From the IMG/VR virus record IMGVR_UViG_3300030382_002670, positions 1 through 50,934 of that record: a stretch of DNA of 50,934 bases; one strand, 5' to 3'. The position numbers and the translations under genes are program-made. Below the pieces are notes generated by a model. That model did not search any database, was not told where the DNA came from, and saw only the letters and a list, made by a program, of their open reading frames with translations. This DNA comes from a virus (Duplodnaviria > Caudoviricetes). Shown one piece after another: positions 19,153-29,000 of this stretch. The first letter of the stretch is position 1. Each line of letters begins with the position of its first letter.

Positions 19153-19752
19153 ATGGCTAAATGGAAACAGTTAGCTACTGTTGATATGCTTAATAACGCT
19201 GGGAGTATTCAATACCAATCTTTCAGCGTTATGGTAGCAAAAAGAAAGTTTGTCACTAGTTCAAATTGGCACTGGCTAACAGTGAATAACGGTCAAGGTC
19301 TCGGCACTGCTGATATGATAGATACTGGGCACTCTAATGCAGCAGATGTAACAAGTATTACTTCAGCAAATGCTGCAAATGGTGTGTTTTGTCATAATTT
19401 ATATCCTTTAGGTGGAACTATGACTTTAAAAAGAGCGCAATACTCTATACAAATGCCTGGATGGAGTGGCTCTGGAACAGATGTTATGTATGCTATGCCA
19501 GTATTTTTTGAAATTAGTGGTGGAGAAACAAGTTACGATGTAACGCATAGGTGCCAGAGCATAACATCTTTTTTAAATGCCTCTGGACCTGATATAGCTT
19601 TTGGTAGTGATAGTACTTCTGAAACCTTAACAGGATTGAATCATTCTAAAGGACTGTATATGGGAATTTTAATGAGAGCTAATGACGCAGATTGTATAGA
19701 TGAGTATTTTAATTTTACATTTCATATGACATATGATGCAATAGAGGGATAA
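19153..19752 (+). CDS. putative tail fibre tip/receptor-binding-type protein
   Basis: MAKWKQ N-terminus followed by a beta-rich domain. Confidence 0.55.
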   Translation: MAKWKQLATVDMLNNAGSIQYQSFSVMVAKRKFVTSSNWHWLTVNNGQGLGTADMIDTGHSNAADVTSITSANAANGVFCHNLYPLGGTMTLKRAQYSIQMPGWSGSGTDVMYAMPVFFEISGGETSYDVTHRCQSITSFLNASGPDIAFGSDSTSETLTGLNHSKGLYMGILMRANDADCIDEYFNFTFHMTYDAIEG

Positions 19753-19753
19753 A

Positions 19754-19954
19754 ATGAAAATAGACCAACATAGAAAATTAGTTCTACAGCATTTAGAATT
19801 TATCAAGGAAAGAGTAGATGACAATGCTGCAAAGCTTGACAGGATAAATGGAAGAGTTAGAAAGAATGAGAAAGAATTGTCCTTTATGAAAGGCATAGGA
19901 AGTGTTATAACAATGATATTTGGATTTATAATGTATATAATAAAAGGGGACTAG
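19754..19954 (+). CDS. small coiled-coil plus C-terminal transmembrane protein (holin/XhlA-like)
   Basis: LDRINGRVRKNE coil followed by a hydrophobic C-terminal helix. Confidence 0.55.
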   Translation: MKIDQHRKLVLQHLEFIKERVDDNAAKLDRINGRVRKNEKELSFMKGIGSVITMIFGFIMYIIKGD

Positions 19955-19955
19955 A

Positions 19956-20129
19956 ATGAAAGAACTTATTGCAAGTTATTTGTTTAATGATGAAATGAAA
20001 GCAAAGGTTGTCAAAGAGTTAAATGACAATGTAAATATACCTATATTGAATGAAAAGACTGAAGAGAAGATATTTGAAGCTATATACGAAACTGTTGAGC
20101 AGTGCGTTAAAAAAGCTATAATGAAATAG
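19956..20129 (+). CDS. hypothetical protein (57 aa, MKELIASYLFNDE...)
   Basis: Translated by hand; AGGGGA Shine-Dalgarno; exactly fills the gap between neighbours. Confidence 0.75.
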   Translation: MKELIASYLFNDEMKAKVVKELNDNVNIPILNEKTEEKIFEAIYETVEQCVKKAIMK

Positions 20130-20480
20130 ATGTGCGGAGTTTACATAAGAGCTAAGAATGGTCGTAAAAAATTAAGAATGATATCAATAGATGACCTTAG
20201 AAATCATAGAACTGATAATCTAATAAAAGATATTAATCTTGGCTCTTATGAAGTTTTTAGTAAAAAACCAAAAACCTGCTGCTCTTGCGATAGTAAGTAT
20301 ATTTACAATATAGAAATATTCGGAGCAATAAAAGCTCCTTTACTTTGGGAATGTGGGAAATGCGATAAAACATTTCTAAAATACGAAGTAAGTGAAACTT
20401 TAACTAATTTCCGCTTAGCATCCAGAGTATGGACTAATCCCCAAGATTGGGGATTCCAAGACCCAGCAGACTTCAGTTAG
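20130..20480 (+). CDS. Zn-ribbon protein
   Basis: CxxC pairs (CSC / CGKC). True start may be the downstream ATG (MISIDDL). Confidence 0.65.
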   Translation: MCGVYIRAKNGRKKLRMISIDDLRNHRTDNLIKDINLGSYEVFSKKPKTCCSCDSKYIYNIEIFGAIKAPLLWECGKCDKTFLKYEVSETLTNFRLASRVWTNPQDWGFQDPADFS

Positions 20481-20487
20481 GAGATAT

Positions 20488-21255
20488 ATGGGTAAATTAG
20501 TAAAGCGTGCGATTGTCACACCAGACAAGCATGCACCCTTGCAGGACAAGAAAGCTATAAATGTTGTCTGTAAGGCTATTGAGATGATAAAGCCTGATAT
20601 ATACGTAGATTTAGGCGATTTAGGAGAATGGGGTAGTGTATCCCACTGGCAATGGAAACGTAAGAAGAAACCGCCATTAGAGTACCTTATACCTAATGTA
20701 GATGCAGATATAAAAGCAGTTAATGATTTGCTTGACCAGATAGACGAATCATTAGATAAAGCAGGATGCAAGACTAAGCACATGTGTGCGGGTAACCATG
20801 AAGATTGGTTAGAAGGATTTGTCTCAGAGCATCCTTATTTAAAAGAGTATAAATTTGCTAATGCATGTAAGCTTAAGGAGAGGGGATACAAGTATCATGA
20901 GTCAGGACGCATGGTCAAGATTGGTAAACTTTATTATTATCATGGTCACCACTTTGGTGGTCAATATCACGCTGCAAATCATCTTCGCAAACTGGGATGC
21001 AACATAATGTATGGGCATCATCATAGTATGCAGCAAGATAGTATAACTCATATGGAAGGTCCTAAGTCAGCATGGAGTATAGGATGCTTAAAAGATATGA
21101 GTAGCGAGAAAAATAGTTGGTTAGGAGGAAGGCAACATAAATGGGCTCATGGTTTCGCAGTAGTAGATTACTTTACAGGGGGAAACTTTACAGTCCATCC
21201 AATACAAATTATAGATGGCAAGGCATCGATATGGGGAGAGTTAGTTAAGGGATGA
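20488..21255 (+). CDS. calcineurin-like metallophosphoesterase
   Basis: All five motifs: PDKH, LGD, GNHE, HG and GHHH. Confidence 0.92.
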   Translation: MGKLVKRAIVTPDKHAPLQDKKAINVVCKAIEMIKPDIYVDLGDLGEWGSVSHWQWKRKKKPPLEYLIPNVDADIKAVNDLLDQIDESLDKAGCKTKHMCAGNHEDWLEGFVSEHPYLKEYKFANACKLKERGYKYHESGRMVKIGKLYYYHGHHFGGQYHAANHLRKLGCNIMYGHHHSMQQDSITHMEGPKSAWSIGCLKDMSSEKNSWLGGRQHKWAHGFAVVDYFTGGNFTVHPIQIIDGKASIWGELVKG

Positions 21256-21818
21256 GTTATTCATCATCAGATAAGTACAAAAAATCAAGGTCTACTGGCT
21301 TTAGGATGAACTATTCTTCTCCTAGTCAAGATAGAGAAGAGAAGAATGATGCTATACTTAATCCTCAAAAATCTATTGACAGAAGAAATCTATTAGATTA
21401 CACTGACATCTCAGATGTTATAGGTAGTCAAGAATATAAAGACTATTCTAGGAAATTACAATCAAGAGTTAATGACATGGGGTATACTTCATATCAAGAT
21501 ATTCCAGAAAATATCTTTAACTCTCTACATAAACAAGGGCATAGTCAAGGATATCCTACTCCTAAGTGGATGACTAAACATGATTTTGTATATGATGATA
21601 TAATAAGAGATACTGGAATCGAAAAGGATATTCCTTTATCTAAAAAGAATAATTATTTAAAAGCTTATTATTCTATTGACCCTTATTCTACAAGAGAGAG
21701 AAGAATGGGCAATCCATTTCCTTGGTTCTTCGCTTCTTCTGAAGATGAAGAATCTGCTGGTTCGACAAAAACAATGCAAAAAATGAATAGCATAATGGAT
21801 ATGCTAAATTTCTATTAA
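21252..21818 (+). CDS. hypothetical protein
   Basis: 188-aa ORF, ATGA-coupled. Confidence 0.7.
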   Translation: MSYSSSDKYKKSRSTGFRMNYSSPSQDREEKNDAILNPQKSIDRRNLLDYTDISDVIGSQEYKDYSRKLQSRVNDMGYTSYQDIPENIFNSLHKQGHSQGYPTPKWMTKHDFVYDDIIRDTGIEKDIPLSKKNNYLKAYYSIDPYSTRERRMGNPFPWFFASSEDEESAGSTKTMQKMNSIMDMLNFY

Positions 21819-21828
21819 AGGGGAAGTT

Positions 21829-22761
21829 ATGTTTAACAAAAATAAACAAAAATATAGTGCAACATCAGGTAATATATATAGTCCTTCTGGCGAGGTAGTT
21901 GGAATGAAGGGTAATAATGGAGAAGTCTTTGGAAGAGAAGAGTTTGATGTTAGGAATAAATGGTACACAGGTCAGTCTGAACATTCCTCCCGTTTGCCAG
22001 AGACAAGTACAGTTGGAGCTCCAGCGTCAATGTCTCCTATGTATACAGATAGGCAATATCTTGCAGACACAGGTGATGGTGATACTTGGCTGCATCACGT
22101 CCAAGAGAATCCTTATGGTCAAGAGACTTTTAATAAAGAGTTAGATGTTCAAAAAGGTGGTGGGCTTATGAGTTACTTGAAAGGTATATTTGCACCTAGG
22201 TCTCAAGCATCTGGGCCTGACGCTAAATTTAGAACTGCATATTCAGCTGATGAGGGAAGAATGTACGAATCGGCTCCTAAGCATTTAGGTGAGATGGAGC
22301 AGCGTAGTTGGTCGAGAGATAGAAGCAGTAGAGATTATGAACCAGGCGGAGCTTATTCTTTAGATGTAACTAGAAGAGGAAGTGAAGGCTATGATACATT
22401 ATATGGTGCTGCAAATGTTAATTCAGGATTAAAAGGATTGCTCCAAAGAGCTTTACCTGGTGGCGAATCTGGCTATAGTGTTCAAGGTACAGACTTAGGT
22501 TCTGGAACAATGTATCATGATAATATACCTGAATTTGGATATGAGTCACAGGATAATAGACAACCTGATGAAATGGGGTATTCAGCTAATAGGTACCCTG
22601 GATTAAGAGAATTTGATTGGGATGATAAAGCTACAGCTGTTAACAGGCACCTTCGAGAACAAGGAAGGTTATATGATGACGAGTATTTTGGAGATAGATT
22701 TTCTATGCCAGACTATAAGTTTAGTGGTATAAGCGGTGGTGATACTTATGGCAATAAATGA
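21829..22761 (+). CDS. hypothetical protein (G/S/Y/D-rich, likely disordered)
   Basis: 310-aa ORF with AGGGGA Shine-Dalgarno. Confidence 0.75.
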   Translation: MFNKNKQKYSATSGNIYSPSGEVVGMKGNNGEVFGREEFDVRNKWYTGQSEHSSRLPETSTVGAPASMSPMYTDRQYLADTGDGDTWLHHVQENPYGQETFNKELDVQKGGGLMSYLKGIFAPRSQASGPDAKFRTAYSADEGRMYESAPKHLGEMEQRSWSRDRSSRDYEPGGAYSLDVTRRGSEGYDTLYGAANVNSGLKGLLQRALPGGESGYSVQGTDLGSGTMYHDNIPEFGYESQDNRQPDEMGYSANRYPGLREFDWDDKATAVNRHLREQGRLYDDEYFGDRFSMPDYKFSGISGGDTYGNK

Positions 22762-23063
22762 TGGAAGTATTTGACTTATTAGAACGCTTTGGGCTACCAG
22801 TTATGATGGTTGTAGCCCTTGGATGGTACGTTAAAGCCCAAAATGCATGGATTCAGAACGAATTACAGACTGAACTTAGGGAGTCCTTTGGTAGACTAGA
22901 AGCTATCTTAATTAAGCTAATAGACGCCCAGAAAGGGATGCAATTAAATCAAAGTGAAATTAAAGCTAAAATTAGCGCTGTCATAGAAATCATGGCTAGC
23001 CTTAGTGGGAATGGTTTAAAAGATAAATTTGTCAAAAATAAACATAATGATAGAGGATGGTAA
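22758..23063 (+). CDS. putative holin-like membrane protein
   Basis: N-terminal transmembrane helix (FGLPVMMVVALGWYV) followed by a coiled coil and basic tail. Confidence 0.5.
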   Translation: MMEVFDLLERFGLPVMMVVALGWYVKAQNAWIQNELQTELRESFGRLEAILIKLIDAQKGMQLNQSEIKAKISAVIEIMASLSGNGLKDKFVKNKHNDRGW

Positions 23064-26000
23064 ATGCCTAAAGAAATAAAACAGATAACAAATTTCCATC
23101 AAGGCACTATAAATACACCTTCAGCTGAGACTGTTCCAGATGATGCTAATGTAGAATCTTGGAATGTAAATCCAATGGCTCAAGATGGCACATTATTCCC
23201 ATTGAAGAAAGAAAAGGATTTATTCGTAAATGCAATTGGTAATGATGAAGCGGACGTAGAAGGAATTACACGAAATGCAATCATTGAATATCTAGATGTT
23301 CAAACTCATAAAATTGAGCATATAGGATATTCTCAGAGACAAGGGAAGATATTAGTTATTACAGGTGCTGATGCTCCTGCAAGAGCTACGGCTATGATAG
23401 ATATGGGTATGGTTTCTTGGCCTAATCATGCAGATTGTACGTTTGAAAATAATAATACTGAGGTCCATATAGGATTGGGCAATTATGCTTCTAAATGGAT
23501 TGGCAAAATATCACATACGCAATTTGGTTCTGAGGTTCCTACTGGTCTTCAGATTGAAGATGCTGAACTAATTAAGCCAGGGACATTTGGCGATATATAC
23601 AAATGCGTTACTGTTGGAGACTATCACTATGGAATCAGTTATAAAGGTAATTATGTATATAAATTCAACCATACTACCAAAGGATATATAGGTAGGTCTT
23701 TAAAGAAATTTGATTCTACTCAAGGTATATGCTATAGAGATGCTGGTAGCCCAAATGATGGTGCTAAATTATGGGTTTATGAAGGTGGAACTAATAGTTT
23801 ACATGCATATGATGGAGTTGGTCTTGGCAGTTTATTTAAAATGAAAGTATGGGATGAGTCAGATGGAGTCCCATTACATGAAAATACTAGTGATATATAT
23901 TCTGGACCTGGGAAACTATTCTTTCTTAGAGGTATGGATGATGAACCTGTAATAGATATGGAAAATTCATCTGCCACTGACATTGCTACTTCAGGCAGTA
24001 GTTATAATGAAACTATGAAATTCATGGGAGGTTTAAATAAATCAGAAGGCAGTACGATTAAAATGTCTAAATTCTTATGGAGGATTTCTGTTCCTGCAGA
24101 TGGTAGTATTGATAAGATAGCAACAAATGTCACTCCTTTTATAGGAGAGAAATTTATACAAGATGATGCTCCTGAAGCTGATTCAATCCCATATCATTAT
24201 GCTGCTGATGGTTTAACTGGAACAGCTGAATGGGCGGATGAGCCTGATAATTTAATATCTCCACCTCCTTCTCAAATACACGGAATATTTAAAGATGGTT
24301 TATATGAGCATGAGCCAAATGGCGATGGAACTGATGATAATTGGGAACATATAAGTACAAAACCATTAAGCCCTAATTCTCTCGGAATAGAAATGACTGG
24401 TAGTTCATTTTCTGGTGGGCATGAAAAAGCTTGGCTAACAAATAGTTCAAATAGTACTATTACTAATGGAGGTGTAGCTGGTGAAGAATTAGTACAAAAG
24501 ATTGGTTTGACAGCAGAAACAACTAATAATCCTCCTGGTACATCTAGGCATGTAAGTTGTGTATATGAAGACTGGGGAAATATAACTGGAGGTGGTACTC
24601 CACCTCAAAGAGTTCTCATGGAATTTCCTTTATTTGGCGATATTTGGGAAGATGCTGAAGACCAACAAAGATTAAGCATGGCTGGAAAATATTATCTTAT
24701 AGAAGGTTATATAAAGATTGAGGGTACTACATCTAATGGTACTGTTTTAGATGGGGGAGGAGCAGGTACTACTTCTGAATTATGTTATGAGTCAAATGGA
24801 ATGGTAACTGTAGTGGCTAATACTACTGGAGCTGGTGCTAAAATGTCTGAAAAGCTAGAGATATTAGATGGTTGCACTTCTGTAGATATGGATTATCAAT
24901 TTAATGGTAGTTATAACTCTTTTCGAACATGTGAATGGGGTATTTTTTCCAATTTAACTGGATGGCCTAGAATTGTAGGATATGATGGTGCTGGTGATGT
25001 GTTTAGTACTACACCTCAAGATGGTACTGCTGAGCGAGGAGCTCCATTTAAAAACTACAATATTAATGGAACTATTGTAGATAATAGTGATAGACCTTTA
25101 TATACTAATGATGGAAAATGGACTGATGATGGAACAGCTCAAGGAGCTCCAGAATGGAGAAAAGTTTCCTTTATACATAAAATGTTGCCATTTGCAGAAG
25201 AAGGTTCACCTGACCTTAGCGCTGGAACACTTTCATTTATGTTTACAGATTTGATAGGAGATGATAACAATGTACATACCTATGGAGATGGAACTACTAC
25301 TGAAACTTTTAAATCCAATGATGGAAACGCTGTCTCAGGGAAAGAACTTAAAATAAGTATTGGCGGATTATCTGTAAAAAGAATGTGGGGATATGAGTCA
25401 AATTATATTTCAAAGCCTGTATTTGACTATAAGAATAATTTAGTATTTTATATGGATACTAAGAATACAGGTGTAGGTACTAGTTCGCAATCAATAAAAC
25501 ATAGAATAATGGCAGCTAGATTAGATAGGGATAAAAATGGTTCTGCTACTACTCCAGGGGGCCCAACAACTATAGCAAACCAAGGTGATGCTACTGATGA
25601 GAATTTCGGAGCTTTTGAAGTTAATGGTCCTGGTGTTTTAGCTTTACACCCTACTGAGAATACTTTATATTTCGCTGAAGATGATTATGGAATACGTAGT
25701 TTTAATTATGTGAATAATGGTTCTGTATCGCAATATGATAAAACTGATTTATTTGAAATGGATACAACAGGTGATGCATATTTAGGACTAGACTATGGTG
25801 AGTTCATTGGAAGTACAATGAGCACAATTAATATTGAAAAATTATATCCAGATGAATTAGATGACCCATTTGTTCTTGCTGGAAGTGCTCAAGGTATAGT
25901 CAGGACTGGACAAATATGGCCACATCAATTTAGTGGTTTATGGCCTTCTCATAAATATACTCATGCTAATTTAAGTAGAGATATTTTGGCATTACCTTCA

Positions 26001-29000
26001 TTAATGTGGGTAGATACAAATATGCCTGAAGGAGCTACTATAAATGTAGGTGAATTTGGCCTAAATGGGACAGATTCACTCCCAGCAGGTTGGGGTGCGA
26101 AAAGTGCATTTAGCTCTTGGAGGATAGAAGGAACAGAAGATAGAAATTTCGGAGACCAAGTAAGAGATATTAGCTGGGAAATGAAATATCAATTATTTCA
26201 AGAAGGATGTAGTAAATTTATAGATAATAATACTGTTATAGGATATGGCCCAGGAGTGCATCAGCGATATACTGCAGCTCCTTCTGCTAGTTTGCAAAAT
26301 CTTTTAGATGTAGATTTTAATTTCTTTCAAGATATGTGTCCATGGTTATGGCATTATACCTATACTGATAATGGTGATAATATAAACGAACATGACCCAT
26401 TATGTCCTTGGGAAGATACTAATGCTAGTCCAGTTAAAAAATATGGGCAATTTAAAAACATGGTCTTTGATGGAATACTTCTCTATGATAATAATAGACA
26501 AATACTATTCCAAAGATTTGATAATGCTATTGGGACTAGAGATGAGTCAAATCATATTCAAAATGGATGTATTATGAGGGCAGCAAAACTTGACTTTTCT
26601 CACAGTTATTTTATGGCTGATGAAATACAGCCTTGGAAATATTGGAGACCTGGACAAATAGTTAATCCTGATGTGACCCATGGTACTCCTGGCACATTTC
26701 ATATATCTAGCCAAATTGATTGGGATAAAAAATTACGAGGGAAATCTGCTTATGTTAATCCAATAGATTCTTCTCTTGTTGTTCATATGCCTACATATGC
26801 TATAGACTCACCACATACAGGTTCTCCTTGGGGAGGCGCTCAAGTTACATTTAAGTATTTCGATGATGCTAGTGGTGTACCTACAAATATAAAATACTAT
26901 GGAATTGATATTTCAACTTTAAGTCCTGATGCCGACGATGAAAAGAATAATTTTGTAAAAAATACTACTGGATTATGGCCTTTAGAATATGAATGTTCTT
27001 CAATACTTAAGGGAGAAATAACTAAAAGTCAATATGTTTGGGCGGATGCAACAGTCCCATCTGACGAAGCACAAGCTACGGATACACCTATGACTTATAC
27101 TCGCAAAGCTGTTATATATAGGCCTTATAATAAGGCTTCGTATATATCAATACCTAAGGTATGCTTGACAGGAGTAGCGGATAGTGATGGTGCATGGATA
27201 GATGATGAAAATCCAGCTATAGACCCATATGATGCAGTAAGTTTTATCTTTCAATTAAATCCAGGTGGACAGTCAAATCAAAGAGCTATTAAAAATAAAT
27301 TAATACCTAATAAATTTATACTAAGTGATGAAGCTAGTTGGGCAGATAGAAAATATGAAATGCGAGATTCTAGTGGCACTTTACTCGATATGAGAAGTAT
27401 ATTATGGGGTTATGGTGTACTTGGTCCTGACTATCCTTTTGATTCAGCGAAATATGGAAATGTATTAAGGCCTGCTAATGGTGGTAAAGTATATACATTT
27501 AAAAGTCATCATAGAACAGGAAGATATGCGTCTGTTGAAGCTATAAGTAGATTTGCAGATGATGACTACCAAATGGAAGTATTTAATCGTCATGCTGATA
27601 ACGAAATAGATGGATATATGAAAATAACAGGTAGGTTTCCTACAAAGCAAACTAGTGAACTTAATCAATATGAAAATGGACTTCAGGAGTATAATCATGG
27701 AAATTATAACTTATCTCCAATTCTTACACCAGATGCACATTACATGGTAGGAACTTGGAGTGATGATATAACTCCAGAAGGAGGATGTTTAATTAAGGTA
27801 AATCCTCCTATATGGGGACCATATGATACTAAAGGAAGACCAAAAACATTTACTGAAAGTATTACTTTTAATACTACTTGGACTCATACTGGTCCTGCTG
27901 CTCATAATATAAATGATATCGAAACAACAGGTGGGAGTGGTTCTGGATTAACAGTTAGAATAAATTTCTTATCTTCTCCTACTCCTCCACATGGTCCAAC
28001 CAGTGGCTCTATTACTATAGTACAAGATGCAACAGCTACAGGAAAAAATTATGAAGTGGGAGATACTGTTACTTTATCTGGATTAAATACAGCTGCTAAT
28101 GCACAAGGTTTTACTGGTACATGGCAAAATACTCATACTATTACAATAGCTAGCCTAGAGCCTGATGGAGCAGCAGAAATGGAGGATTCTATTGGTGGAC
28201 AAATCATTTCATTGGGAGCTGTCCCTTGGGTGCCAAATCAAACACATAAGGATGCATTTACAGAAGGTGCTTTCACCCTTGATGATATGCCAAGCGCAGT
28301 AAATTGGCCTCCAACCACTGCAATCAGTTGGTCTACATCATATGGTGAATATCCTCAAGCATATGGGCTTGGAGATGCAAAATATTACAATAGGCATTTA
28401 AGAAAATTATCAAACGATTCCACATTTACTACAGGAACGCCATGGACATTTGGAACTGGATGGAGTCATAATACAAGCTTAGATAATGCTACAAGTGTAG
28501 CAGCGTCTGGATATTTAGAACAGACTATAAATGGGTTAAACGATGATATACCACTAGTGGCTAATGCTACATATACTATTAGATTTAAAGTAGTGGTAAA
28601 TGTTGGCACTGGACTAACCTTTTCATTAGGTGGTTCTGGTGATACTCCAGCACCTACTGGAATGAATAATGGTAATGAATATCAAGTCTTTGTTCATACA
28701 GTCAATGATACTGGCAATCTAAAGGTTGGTGCTAGTAGTAGTTGGGGTGGTTCTATTACTGATATAGAAGTGTATCAAGGGTATTATTTTTCAGATTATT
28801 ACACATCCAGTACATCTCACTATGGATTAATAATTCCAAATATTACAGAAAGAAACTTTTGTATGATAAGTAGACCAGCACCTACAGCTGAGACAGTAAG
28901 ATTTGATTATGGAGTGGATGGAGAATTAGGTCCTACTGTGTATTACGGACAACCTGAAGTAGAAGGCGCTACTTTAAAGATAGAACCTGCAGCTGCTGAG

